DNA from: Bdellovibrionales bacterium
GTDB taxonomy: Bacteria > Bdellovibrionota > Bdellovibrionia > Bdellovibrionales > UBA1609
NCBI GenBank assembly: GCA_050246815.1
Contig: JBFWVI010000021.1
Location: forward strand, 1-50,038
Reading direction: 5' to 3'
DNA length: 50,038 nucleotides
Below are positions 28,571-37,912 of the stretch, in pieces. The translations under genes and the position numbers were made by a program. Below the pieces are notes generated by a model. The model searched no databases. It was not told the origin of the DNA and saw only the letters and a program-made list of their open reading frames with translations. How positions within the stretch are numbered: the stretch's first letter is position 1; each line of letters begins with the position of its first letter.

Positions 28571-30466
28571 GTGAAGTTTTCCGAATTGGACCTGCATCCG
28601 TTACTGCAGAAGAACCTAGAAAAAGTAAATTTCGTTGAGTGCACGCCGATTCAGGCGGATGCAATCCCCCATGTGTTGCATGGCCGCGATATCGCGGGTC
28701 TGGCGCAAACCGGAACCGGAAAAACCGCAGCCTTCTTGCTGCCGTTGATTGACCGTGTTTTGCGGGGCCGCGATCGACCAAGCGCGGTGATCACCAGCGA
28801 GAATCCAACCCTACCTCCCGAAAAATTATCAGAAGAGGCCGAAGCGGCCCAACCTGAAAAAATCGCGCCCGGTGAAGTTTTAGAAGCACCGCCGGGCGAA
28901 GAAGCACAAGCCGCCACACCAGAAGAACTGCATCTTCGTTATTTCCCGGACTGGCGTCGCCGCCAGTATGTTTTAATACTTGTGCCGACGCGCGAACTGG
29001 CTGAGCAGGTCTATGAAAACGCGCAGACATTTTTGGAGGGCACGGGGCTGAAGGCCATCTCGGTCATGGGTGGCACCACCTACGACAAACAAAAAGCAGG
29101 ATTCAAAGAAGGCGTGGAGTTTGTGATCGCCACACCTGGCCGCTTGCTTGATTTGTACAAAGACAATGTCGCCGATTTGCGCCAAGTGCGTGCGGTGGTC
29201 TTTGATGAAGCCGACCGCATGTTCGACATGGGCTTTAAAGACGACATGAAATTTATTTTGCGTCGGCTGCCGCGCGAGCGCCAGTTCTTGGTGTTTAGCG
29301 CCACTTTGAACTTTGAAGTTTTGAATACCGCCTATGAGTTTGGCGCTTACCCGGTTGAAATCAACGTCAGTAAAGATCAGCCCAAAGCCGAAAACGTCAC
29401 CGACGAGCTTTTGCACGTGGGCCATGACGAAAAACCGAAGTTTCTGCTCTCGTTTATCAAGAAAAAAACTCCGCGCCAGGCAATTATCTTCAGCAACTTC
29501 AAACACAACGTCGAACGCATCGCCCGCTTTTTGACGGACAACGGAGTGCCGGCGGTGGGTATCTCGAGCTTGTTGACCCAGGCCCAGCGCAACCGTGTGA
29601 TGGCACAGTTCAAGGCCGACAACGACCAAAATATTTTAGTGGCGACTGATTTGGCGGCGCGCGGACTGGATATTCTGGGCGTGGACATGGTGATCAATTT
29701 TGAACTGCCCGACGACCCAGAAAATTATGTGCATCGGATCGGCCGCACGGGCCGCGCCGGTCACAAGGGCGTTGCCGTCAGCCTGACCTCGGACCGTGAT
29801 GTGGATGCCTTGGCGCGCATCGAAGACTATTTGGGGCACAAAGTTCCGATCGGTTGGTTGGATGATAATGACTTGGTCAAAGAAATGAAGCCGTTTCCGT
29901 CAGATCGCGAGCGTTCGCGCAGTGGTCCCCGTGAAGGTGGCCGCTTCAATGATCGTGGCGGAGGCCGAGGTGGCGGCCGCGATCGCGACCGCGGTCCACG
30001 TCGTGACCGCAGTGGTGGTGGTGGCCAAAACCAAGGCGGCGGCAGTCGGCGCCCCCACGGTGAGGGCCAACATCGTCAGGAACACCGAGGCGCAGGGCGG
30101 GATCGTGACCGCGATCCGCAGCGCCGCGATCCTCAGCGGCCCCATGTTGATCGTCCGCCGCGGGATCGCAATCCGCAGCAGGCTGAAGGGCCGGGCGGAG
30201 GCGAGCCACGTCGTCGTCATCGTGGTGGCCGCGGTCGAGGCGGCCGTGATCGCGACCGCGATCCACGTGACAAGCAAAATGGTCAACCGCGAGGGCCGCG
30301 CGATCAACAGCGTCAAGGTCAAGGGCCGTCGCGTTCAGGCGGCCGCTATGGCGGTGGCGTTCACCGTCCTCAGGGTGCAATGGCAGCCAAGGGCGCATCA
30401 CAAGCGGGGATCGGACAAAAGGTCTCGGGATTCTTCAAAAAACTTTTCGGCGGCAAATCCAATTAG
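28571..30466 (+). CDS. DEAD-box RNA helicase (RhlB-like) with long RG/RD-rich tail
   Basis: Q motif, AQTGTGKT, PTRELA, TPGR, DEADRMFDMGF, SAT, ARGLD, HRIGRTGR; GTG start at 28571 after AAGGA. Confidence 0.93.
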   Translation: MKFSELDLHPLLQKNLEKVNFVECTPIQADAIPHVLHGRDIAGLAQTGTGKTAAFLLPLIDRVLRGRDRPSAVITSENPTLPPEKLSEEAEAAQPEKIAPGEVLEAPPGEEAQAATPEELHLRYFPDWRRRQYVLILVPTRELAEQVYENAQTFLEGTGLKAISVMGGTTYDKQKAGFKEGVEFVIATPGRLLDLYKDNVADLRQVRAVVFDEADRMFDMGFKDDMKFILRRLPRERQFLVFSATLNFEVLNTAYEFGAYPVEINVSKDQPKAENVTDELLHVGHDEKPKFLLSFIKKKTPRQAIIFSNFKHNVERIARFLTDNGVPAVGISSLLTQAQRNRVMAQFKADNDQNILVATDLAARGLDILGVDMVINFELPDDPENYVHRIGRTGRAGHKGVAVSLTSDRDVDALARIEDYLGHKVPIGWLDDNDLVKEMKPFPSDRERSRSGPREGGRFNDRGGGRGGGRDRDRGPRRDRSGGGGQNQGGGSRRPHGEGQHRQEHRGAGRDRDRDPQRRDPQRPHVDRPPRDRNPQQAEGPGGGEPRRRHRGGRGRGGRDRDRDPRDKQNGQPRGPRDQQRQGQGPSRSGGRYGGGVHRPQGAMAAKGASQAGIGQKVSGFFKKLFGGKSN

Positions 30467-30486
30467 GGTTTGCTTCGTCGATCAAG

Positions 30487-31062
30487 CTATCGCCATTTGA
30501 AATTTTTGATGATTTCATTGCAGGTGCGCACGGTTTGGTCAAAATTGTCGCGGTGATCGCGGCAGGTCAACACGACAGCTGTTCGCTCTTTGACGAAGAC
30601 CACCTGGCGAAGTTGTTTGCCGGCATCACGATTGAGGATGTCCACAAGATAAGCAATCTCTTTGCCGATTCTCAGCGGCTTGCTGGCCAAAACCTCAAAG
30701 CCTAGCCGCGGATAATCCTTCATCCATTGTTTGGCGTATTTGTTCAGCGGCAAAGCTTCTTTTAACTGATCCACGCGAACAGTCAGCGAGGGCTGCACGC
30801 CGTGAGTGAGATTGGGACTGCGGTAAAGTGTGGTCAGGGCCGGCATGTCTTTTGGTGGCGAAGTGTGGATCCACGAGGTACCGCCTGCGTGAATGGAAAA
30901 CCCATATTCTGAAATGAAAAGTCCCAAATCAGCGCCGATCAAAGAAGAGCTGGATGTAGCCGGTATCGGGGCCGCGAGCGCCGTGGTCGCAAGCAGGACC
31001 AAGATCGAGTAACATAAATAAAAAAGCAGGCTTTTGAACTCGACCTTGAGCTGGTAATTCAC
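30487..31062 (-). CDS. Hypothetical exported protein (possible PsbP/DcrB-like fold)
   Basis: SD GGAGG plus GTG; hydrophobic N-terminus; C-terminal VLTC...CNEIIKNFKW pattern (fold is inference). Confidence 0.65.
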   Translation of the reverse strand: MNYQLKVEFKSLLFYLCYSILVLLATTALAAPIPATSSSSLIGADLGLFISEYGFSIHAGGTSWIHTSPPKDMPALTTLYRSPNLTHGVQPSLTVRVDQLKEALPLNKYAKQWMKDYPRLGFEVLASKPLRIGKEIAYLVDILNRDAGKQLRQVVFVKERTAVVLTCRDHRDNFDQTVRTCNEIIKNFKWR

Positions 31063-31147
31063 TTTGACCCTCCTGGCAAAGTCGTGTCTGACGGCGCATC
31101 CAAGGCCATCCACAGAAATTCAGTTTAAAGATGAAGCCCCAAGGCCG

Positions 31148-32230
31148 TCAATCAACTTCACTTGAGGGGGTGGGGCAGGGCGGTGGCGTGAAATCTTGAG
31201 CGTAGAGCTGATAGACCCCACTGCGATCACTCGAGAACAATAGTTGTTGTTGGTTTTTAAACCAGACAGGAAGCAAATCTTGTCCCAGCGCATAGGTCAG
31301 GCGCCTTAGGCAAGTGCCCTCTTTTTGAACGGAGTAGAGTTCAAAATTTTCGGGGTCGGCTTGATTGGAGCTAAATAATATTTGTTGTCCATCGGGACTC
31401 CAGCTGGGGGACCAGCGCAGGCCCTTGCCGCTGGTGATGGCGCGGGCTTTTTTGCCATCCAGATTGGCAACCCAAATTTGGGATTCGGTGTAATCCACGC
31501 TGTAGCGAACCCATGCGAACTCTTTGCCCGAAGGGCTAAAAGAGGCTTCGCTTTCGGATTGCTTCACGCGGGTCAGCACTCGGGTGTCGCGGCCATGGAC
31601 GTCGATGCGCACGAGTAAACTTTGCCCGTTTTTCACGGCGGTGTAGATTAAAAATTGCCCGTTGGGGTGCAGGCGCAGTTCGCCATCGAAGCCTGGACTT
31701 TGTGTCAGGCGCTGAATGCCGGTGCCATCGCGAAGCGCACGGTAAAGATCAAAGTTATCGCCGGACCAAAGCGGACGACGACCGACCTCAAGCTTGGACT
31801 CGGTGGGTTTGCCCAAAGCCTCTTGAAGAAAGCGCGGTGATTCTTTTAGAGCATCTGTGGTGCTGGCATAAAAAAAATGGCCTGTGGTGGGGTCCACTTG
31901 CGGGCCTTGATCATCGCCATCGTGAAAGCTAAGGCGCCGTTCTTTTTTGGCTTCAAGGTCAAAGACGTACGTTTGAAAGTGGCTGTGTCGTGGGCGCTTG
32001 CGGCTCAAAAACACGATTTGCGGTTTGTCGCCCACCATTTGCCCGCAGCAGTTTTCGCCGGGCAATTCAATCGGCTTGGCTTCGGCGGGCTTGTAGCCAT
32101 CAGGCGGCTGCGGAGCGGAGGCTTTGACCATCGCTGGGACCACGGTGGGTTTACTTTTGCAAGATACAAAGCCCGCGACCGGCATCAAAAAAATTAAAAT
32201 CAGAGCCGCTACAGTTTTGCTACTTTTCAT
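31148..32230 (-). CDS. TolB-like PD40 beta-propeller lipoprotein
   Basis: Lipobox-like FVSC; repeats ASFSPSGK, PSWSPDGQQILFSS, FSSDRSG; ATG 32230 overlaps the end of mutY. Confidence 0.8.
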   Translation of the reverse strand: MKSSKTVAALILIFLMPVAGFVSCKSKPTVVPAMVKASAPQPPDGYKPAEAKPIELPGENCCGQMVGDKPQIVFLSRKRPRHSHFQTYVFDLEAKKERRLSFHDGDDQGPQVDPTTGHFFYASTTDALKESPRFLQEALGKPTESKLEVGRRPLWSGDNFDLYRALRDGTGIQRLTQSPGFDGELRLHPNGQFLIYTAVKNGQSLLVRIDVHGRDTRVLTRVKQSESEASFSPSGKEFAWVRYSVDYTESQIWVANLDGKKARAITSGKGLRWSPSWSPDGQQILFSSNQADPENFELYSVQKEGTCLRRLTYALGQDLLPVWFKNQQQLLFSSDRSGVYQLYAQDFTPPPCPTPSSEVD

Positions 32231-33209
32231 TTTGCGCCAAAACCTTTTTGACCAGAGCTGCGGGAGAGTGCTTCGCCAGTTGCTGGATGGGGATCCACTT
32301 AGGATTTTGAATCGACTTTGCCGTGCCAGCCAACACGCGCACAAAAATATCGTGATGGGTGATGGAATGAGCAAAGGCGTAGCGGGTTGGTTTTTTCTGC
32401 AGGCGACGAGCCTGCCCGGGCGGCACCAGGTGACCACGCAAGAAGGGCAAACCATGATTCGCGATCAAGGCCACCTTGCCTTTTTTTAAGTGCAGTTCAG
32501 CCTCCCAAAGCCAGATTTCACGAGCGCGACGAGGTTTGGGTAAGGGGAGCTGGGCCAGTTTTTTTTTCTTTAAACCCTGGCAGCTTGCGCGTAAAGGGCA
32601 CAGCAAACAAGTTGGATTTTTAGGTGTGCAGATCGTGGCGCCCAGTTCCATCACGGCTTGGTTCATTTCGTGACTGGGGGTTTGATCCACCCATCGATCG
32701 GCAGTGGCTTGCAGTTTTTGACGGACATTGGGGCGCCACCACTCGGCGGGCCAATTGTGAAAGCGCGACAGCACGCGGATGACGTTGCCATCCAGCACGC
32801 CAACATTTTCATCAAAAGCAAGGCTCGAAACCGCTCGCGATGTGTAGGGGCCAAAACCTGGAAATTCGCCCAAAGCCAGATGGGTTTTGGGAAAACCGCC
32901 CTGCAGTTGAAATGCTCGCGCCGCCCGCCATAAATTGCTGGCTCTTGAGTAGTAGCCAAGACCGGCCCATTGTTCGCGCACTTCATTTTCGGTGGCCTTG
33001 GCCAAATGTTGCAAAGTGGGAAAGCGTTTTAAAAAACGTTCGAAATAAGGAATCACCGCAGTCACGGTGGTTTGTTGCAGCATGGTTTCCGACAGCCAAA
33101 TTCGATAGGGATCGCGATTGATTCGCCACGGCAATGGGCGTTGATTTTGCCGATACCAAGACAAAAGGTCAGTCTGGTTTTGGAGTGAAAAAGGGCGATC
33201 TTCATTCAT
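32220..33209 (-). CDS. mutY: A/G-specific adenine glycosylase
   Basis: LPWR, PYRIWLSETMLQQT, WAGLGYYSRA, DGNVIRV, MELGATICTPKNPTCLLCP, HSITHH. Confidence 0.95.
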   Translation of the reverse strand: MNEDRPFSLQNQTDLLSWYRQNQRPLPWRINRDPYRIWLSETMLQQTTVTAVIPYFERFLKRFPTLQHLAKATENEVREQWAGLGYYSRASNLWRAARAFQLQGGFPKTHLALGEFPGFGPYTSRAVSSLAFDENVGVLDGNVIRVLSRFHNWPAEWWRPNVRQKLQATADRWVDQTPSHEMNQAVMELGATICTPKNPTCLLCPLRASCQGLKKKKLAQLPLPKPRRAREIWLWEAELHLKKGKVALIANHGLPFLRGHLVPPGQARRLQKKPTRYAFAHSITHHDIFVRVLAGTAKSIQNPKWIPIQQLAKHSPAALVKKVLAQNEK

Positions 33210-33303
33210 GGTCTTTTAGGTGTACAGGCTAGCCGTGAATTCGTCAAAAGAGCTTGAAAATAGACTCGATTTTTAGCGGTCTAGTTCCGAAAAATCCCAA
33301 GAG

Positions 33304-34743
33304 ATGTCGCGATACAAGCCAATTTTACTTTTAGTGCTGCTGACGGGCCAAGCTCTAGCCAAACCGCAGGCTCAGCCCAATCGACCTGCATTGGCCGACC
33401 CCTTGGGTAAACAGCAGGTGGTTTTGAAAGACGCATCGACAGAAATGTGGGTCGGGGCTGATCCTGACGATGCTGCAACAAGTGATTGTAAGTTAAAAAA
33501 GGGCGCCAGGGGCAGCGTTGTTGCAAGTAAGGGCGACAAAAAATTGGTGGTCTTCAATGCCAAAGATTGGGGCCAAAGCTGTGGTCAAAAAAAGGGCCTT
33601 CAGGATCTGCCCCTGGTTTGGGTGGCCGATGAAAGTTTAAAATCCGTTCAAAGCCTTTCTTTGGATGAATACGGCGACACTTGTGCGGCCTACGAGTATC
33701 TGGAACAGCGTTGGCCCGATGAAATTTCAACTCCGGAAGGGCAGGTGCTCGCCTGCACCGGCGCGGACTGCCAAACATCGGCCATCGCCGAGGCCGCCAA
33801 ACAAATGATCGACATGGGCAGTTTTCATTCAGGCAATCGCTGCTTGATTGAAACAACGCGCGACAAACAAAGCGCGGATTGCAGCTTCGCCACGATGCTG
33901 AAGCAGGCCCAAGAGTGCACGGATGCGAACGGCAAAGCGCGTCGCTGCACGCAGAATGAGTGCGAAAAGAGCTTGCGTACTCAGGCCTGCCAAAGCTCAC
34001 CTTGGAAAAATAAAGGTCTGGACGAGCGCTTTCAGCTGATCATGCAATACGCCAAAACCTACGCTGCGAAATACGGTGTCGAGCCTCGCGCCATCCCTTG
34101 CATTGCCACGGTGGAAACCGGCTACCTAGAGCCACAAGCCAAAACTTTATTGGCATGCGGTGATGCCGACAGAAACCGCTATCACGGTTTGGGCATGATC
34201 ACGTTGCAAACGCTTGAGCACTACGTCAGCCCATTTATCAAGCGCAAACTTCAAGTGAAAGAGAACGGCAAATTTGTGACAAAGATGCTCACGCCTTTTC
34301 GTTCGGCAAATCCCTTGCTACAAAAGCCGTCGCTTTATGCTTGTCCGCGTAAGCTGCATGATTTGCTGGGCTCAAGCCCCGAGCTGCAAGTGGAGCTGAT
34401 GGCTTATACCTTGGCCGAAAAGGGCGCGGCTGTGGGCGGCAATTCTTACCAGGCCTACGTAAATTACAATGGTCATTCACCCCCAGACCCAGAAAATGGG
34501 CGACCGCACATGAACAATTACGCCGATGCGGTGCAGGCTTGTGTGTCTTGCTTGCGCAAACGACTACCTGACGAAAACGCAAAGCCCACAAAAAAGACCG
34601 CGAAGCCCGCCAATCCTGTGGAATGTTTGTCGACAGCAACGCGTGGCGGAACCAAACACCATTTCTTTTTGCAGCCGGGCGACCGCATCTACAAAGTTTT
34701 CGCGGGCCATTACAAACAAAGTTGCACAGAGGAGCCCAAATGA
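33304..34743 (+). CDS. Secreted Cys-rich protein with lysozyme/SLT-like C-terminal domain
   Basis: Signal peptide; 18 Cys; YAAKYGVEPRAIPCIATVETGY...YHGLGMI...YVNYNG resembles SLT motifs I-III. Confidence 0.6.
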   Translation: MSRYKPILLLVLLTGQALAKPQAQPNRPALADPLGKQQVVLKDASTEMWVGADPDDAATSDCKLKKGARGSVVASKGDKKLVVFNAKDWGQSCGQKKGLQDLPLVWVADESLKSVQSLSLDEYGDTCAAYEYLEQRWPDEISTPEGQVLACTGADCQTSAIAEAAKQMIDMGSFHSGNRCLIETTRDKQSADCSFATMLKQAQECTDANGKARRCTQNECEKSLRTQACQSSPWKNKGLDERFQLIMQYAKTYAAKYGVEPRAIPCIATVETGYLEPQAKTLLACGDADRNRYHGLGMITLQTLEHYVSPFIKRKLQVKENGKFVTKMLTPFRSANPLLQKPSLYACPRKLHDLLGSSPELQVELMAYTLAEKGAAVGGNSYQAYVNYNGHSPPDPENGRPHMNNYADAVQACVSCLRKRLPDENAKPTKKTAKPANPVECLSTATRGGTKHHFFLQPGDRIYKVFAGHYKQSCTEEPK

Positions 34744-35234
34744 TTCGGCGAATCCTGTTGCCATCTTGGATTTTGCTTATCACGGTTGTGGCGGGCGCAC
34801 GCGAAAACCTGCAGCGCGATTTCAATCCCAGCGTGATTTTAGCAAAGACGGCGCATTGGCAGGCCGTGCGAAAGCTTGAGGACAATAAAGTCAATTTGCA
34901 GTTCATACCTGTCGGTGCTGCCGCGGCCAGTGGGGCCGAAGCCGCCACATCTTACAACCCACCCGTGCCGAGCTCGTTCTTGCGCAGCGCTCGTTTAAGT
35001 CGCTTCGGCCAGCACGATTACCTGGTCACGGTTTGGCAAGAAGGTGTGCACACCACGGTGCTTAGAATCTACGACCCTAAAGACGCTTCAGGCCCTTTGA
35101 TTTGGCAAAAGCACTCGGTGGGCGACGTGCGTTTCAATAGGACCACCGAAGGCCTCACGGTCACCGTCAACGAAATTCAGCCCGGCGAAATCAAGACGCG
35201 CCCGGTGATGGTTAAATGGAAGGCGGAAAAGTGA
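34740..35234 (+). CDS. Hypothetical secreted protein
   Basis: ATGA overlap with the upstream gene; signal peptide MIRRILLPSWILLITVVAGA. Confidence 0.7.
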   Translation: MIRRILLPSWILLITVVAGARENLQRDFNPSVILAKTAHWQAVRKLEDNKVNLQFIPVGAAAASGAEAATSYNPPVPSSFLRSARLSRFGQHDYLVTVWQEGVHTTVLRIYDPKDASGPLIWQKHSVGDVRFNRTTEGLTVTVNEIQPGEIKTRPVMVKWKAEK

Positions 35235-35842
35235 ATCGACGATTAACGGTTCCGTTATTCCTGGTTCTTGCGGTTTTGGGGCTGCTGTTTGCGGCCGGTG
35301 AAATCGGCGCGGCCAATGCCGCCAAAAGTAAACATGCAAAAGCAAAAAAGACCTCGAACAAAGCCACTTGTGGCCAACGCGAACTCAGCCAAAAAGATTG
35401 TCATCTTTGGGTGGGCAATACCAAACTCAACTTGCTCAAAGAAAATTGGCGTTTCAATGACGGCTTGTGGTTGGGCGTTCACGACGTGCCGCTAAATGCG
35501 CCAGACACACAGTGGGACAAAGTCCGCCTTGAGCAGTTTGGCGAACGTCGATTTTTACAAATGTGGATTTGGTCATCACCCATCGGTGAGGCCGCAGTTC
35601 AAAATTTGAATTGGTTTGTGATGGAGTTGGGTGAGCGTGAATCGCCGGTGCGGGTGCAGCAGGTGGTGCAGCGTCGTCGGCGCCTAGGGCCACCCAAGAT
35701 TGCGACCGAAGCCGTGGAAGGTGTGGCCGATCGTAAGCCAGCGGCGGTCCAATTTGTCTATGATCCGCGCGACAAGACCGAACTTAAAGCCCACAAGGGC
35801 CAACTAAAATGGAGCGCGGGGCGGCGGCACGGCGAGTTCTGA
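35231..35842 (+). CDS. Hypothetical secreted protein
   Basis: GTGA overlap; hydrophobic N-terminus followed by a Lys-rich segment. Confidence 0.7.
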   Translation: MNRRLTVPLFLVLAVLGLLFAAGEIGAANAAKSKHAKAKKTSNKATCGQRELSQKDCHLWVGNTKLNLLKENWRFNDGLWLGVHDVPLNAPDTQWDKVRLEQFGERRFLQMWIWSSPIGEAAVQNLNWFVMELGERESPVRVQQVVQRRRRLGPPKIATEAVEGVADRKPAAVQFVYDPRDKTELKAHKGQLKWSAGRRHGEF

Positions 35843-35845
35843 CGC

Positions 35846-35874
35846 TTGCCACCCGCAAGGTGAAGGCCTATGCT
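35846..35874 (+). promoter_or_regulatory. Sigma70-type promoter positioned for a leaderless speB transcript
   Basis: TTGCCA-N17-TATGCT, then 6 nt to ATG 35881. Confidence 0.55.
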
Positions 35875-35880
35875 TGAGGC

Positions 35881-36816
35881 ATGGACTATCGACCCTTAAG
35901 CGGCCGCGAATTCCCAAGATTCTCCGCGATCAAAACATTTTTTCGTCTGCCCCATGTGGCGCCCGAAGCCGATTATCAAGTGGGCCTGGTTGGAGTCCCT
36001 TATGACGGAGGCGTGTCGTATCGCCCGGGCGCGCGCTTTGCGCCGACCGCGGTACGTGAAGCCTCGGCCCTAGGCCGCGGCTTTCATTGGTCCCGAGCGG
36101 TTCCTATTTTCGATAAGCTTAAAATTGCAGACATTGGCGATTGCCCGACCGTGCCGATCGATCAAAATCAGACGTATCAACGAATTGAGGCCTTCTTTGG
36201 CCAGCTGATGAAAGCCAAAAAGAAGTTTGTGGCGGTTGGGGGTGATCATTCGATCACGTTGCCGTTACTTAGGGCTGTTTGCAAAGGTTTGGGGCAGCCT
36301 GTGAACTTGATCCACTTCGACGCGCATTTGGACACCTATCCGGCCGCATGGGGCTGTGAATACCACCACGGTTCTTTTTTACGACATGTGGTGGAGGAAA
36401 ATTTAATCCAACCCCAAAATTCGCTACAGATCGGCTTACGTGGCCCATTGGCCGGCCGCGATGATCTGGATTTTGCGCGCAAAAAGGGTCTTCGCCAAGC
36501 CACCGTGGACGATATTCGCATCCAAGGACTGGAAAATTTTTTGGCGGGCCTCCCAAGTTTTGAAAATGGTCCTACCTACATCACGTTCGATATTGATTGT
36601 TTGGATCCGGCTTATGCGCCGGGCACCGGCACACCCGTGCCGGGCGGATTGACCACCTATGAAACACAACGCATTTTGCGCGCCCTGAAGGTCAAAAATT
36701 TAGTGGCTGCGGACGTGGTGGAGCTTTGCCCGCCCTTTGATCATTCAGATATCACCGCCTTGGCGGCGGTCGACACCATGTTCGAGATATTGAGCCTGAT
36801 GGCTCAACACGCATAA
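35881..36816 (+). CDS. speB: Agmatinase (ureohydrolase)
   Basis: GVPYD, RPGARFAP, GGDHS, FDAHLD, HGS, FDIDCLDPAYAPGTGTP. Confidence 0.92.
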   Translation: MDYRPLSGREFPRFSAIKTFFRLPHVAPEADYQVGLVGVPYDGGVSYRPGARFAPTAVREASALGRGFHWSRAVPIFDKLKIADIGDCPTVPIDQNQTYQRIEAFFGQLMKAKKKFVAVGGDHSITLPLLRAVCKGLGQPVNLIHFDAHLDTYPAAWGCEYHHGSFLRHVVEENLIQPQNSLQIGLRGPLAGRDDLDFARKKGLRQATVDDIRIQGLENFLAGLPSFENGPTYITFDIDCLDPAYAPGTGTPVPGGLTTYETQRILRALKVKNLVAADVVELCPPFDHSDITALAAVDTMFEILSLMAQHA

Positions 36817-36817
36817 T

Positions 36818-37345
36818 TTAACGAATTCGAACAGTAAAAGACCCAGTCCACGCCGGTGCCACAGTCACATGGGTGCTGTTGCTGGCGGCGAAACCAAATT
36901 TATAATTCAATTTCAGGCGAAAGGTCTCAGGCAAGGCGGGTAGCGCCGCAACGTCCAATTGGGTGTAGCCTTGTTGGCCAAGCTCGGACGCATCCATCAC
37001 CAACACCACTTCATCGCGCTGGGTGGTGAAGACCAGCTGATAATCTTGGTAGACAGCCTGAATTCGGGTGACCTTTCCCGTGATCGTGTCAGTCCAATCA
37101 AAATTTTCGCGATCAGGGTTGCGATCCAAAATTTGTTCAGTGCCATCGCATTTGATCAAGGTGACAAGAAGCTTCCCGTCGGCATGTTCAATGTGAAATT
37201 GTTTATTGTTGAGAGTCAGTTCGCGTTGCTCCGTGGTGGAGCAGTGGCGGGCGGTGGCGTCGAAAGTCTTCTCGATCGAAATATCGGCCTCTTGCGCCAT
37301 GGTCCATGAGCCAAACACCAAAAGTGGCAAAGACAAAAATTTCAT
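36818..37345 (-). CDS. Hypothetical secreted protein
   Basis: SD GGAG plus ATG 37345; signal peptide MKFLSLPLLVFGSWTMA. Confidence 0.65.
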   Translation of the reverse strand: MKFLSLPLLVFGSWTMAQEADISIEKTFDATARHCSTTEQRELTLNNKQFHIEHADGKLLVTLIKCDGTEQILDRNPDRENFDWTDTITGKVTRIQAVYQDYQLVFTTQRDEVVLVMDASELGQQGYTQLDVAALPALPETFRLKLNYKFGFAASNSTHVTVAPAWTGSFTVRIR

Positions 37346-37452
37346 TGAGTTCTCCGTCGATCGACTGCCGTTTTTATAGGATAAAATTGAAAGAGATTTA
37401 ACTGTTTCCTCAAAGTAACCAAAACGAAGTGTAAAATACTCAAAGATCAAAC

Positions 37453-37484
37453 CTCGGCTTCACAACATCTTAAGCTCGGCTTCA
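37453..37484. promoter_or_regulatory. Direct repeat CTCGGCTTCA x2 (22-nt period), candidate regulator site
   Basis: Copies at 37453-37462 and 37475-37484 in a divergent intergenic region. Confidence 0.45.
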
Positions 37485-37510
37485 TAAAGACATCTGAAAA
37501 AGGGGGCTTT

Positions 37511-37894
37511 ATGAAGATTTTCAGCATGTTCATGGCGGCGTTACTTCCTGCGATTGTGATGGCGGCGCCGAAAAGAGTCTATAAAACCGTTGAAGTTCAT
37601 TGGACTGTGGACGGTTCTCTCGAGGACTCGTTGGTTTTGCAATGTGACGATGAGTTTTACTCTGGAATCGACTTGAAGTTGCCGGGTGATTTTATGGCGC
37701 CCGAAATGTACGTCTCTTACCAACAATGTGGTGTGGATTGGTCGCTACAGTCGATCAATAAGGTCACCGGCCAAGAGCCGGCGTCAATATTACGCTTTCG
37801 CGGCCATAGCCCTTGCCTGCTGAATGTGCGCGAGAAGGTGCGTCCGCCGAAGAAGCCACGAACGTTTAAAGTGGATATCAGCGACGCCTGTTAA
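37511..37894 (+). CDS. Hypothetical secreted protein
   Basis: AGGGGG before the ATG; signal peptide MKIFSMFMAALLPAIVMA; four Cys. Confidence 0.7.
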   Translation: MKIFSMFMAALLPAIVMAAPKRVYKTVEVHWTVDGSLEDSLVLQCDDEFYSGIDLKLPGDFMAPEMYVSYQQCGVDWSLQSINKVTGQEPASILRFRGHSPCLLNVREKVRPPKKPRTFKVDISDAC

Positions 37895-37912
37895 GCCGCG
37901 GCCTTAAAGGCC

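Noticed and set aside
29900..30500. Long overlapping ORFs in other frames and strands, and short repeats (possible array)
   Set aside because: Explained by the low-complexity GC-rich RG/RD tail of the helicase; the repeats are in-frame coding and have no spacers
14068..31090. 13-mer AGACACGACTTTG shared by two intergenic regions
   Set aside because: Matches of this length are expected by chance in 50 kb, and it has no dyad or consistent position
34530..34560. CVSC as a heme-c binding site
   Set aside because: No His after CxxC; more likely disulfides
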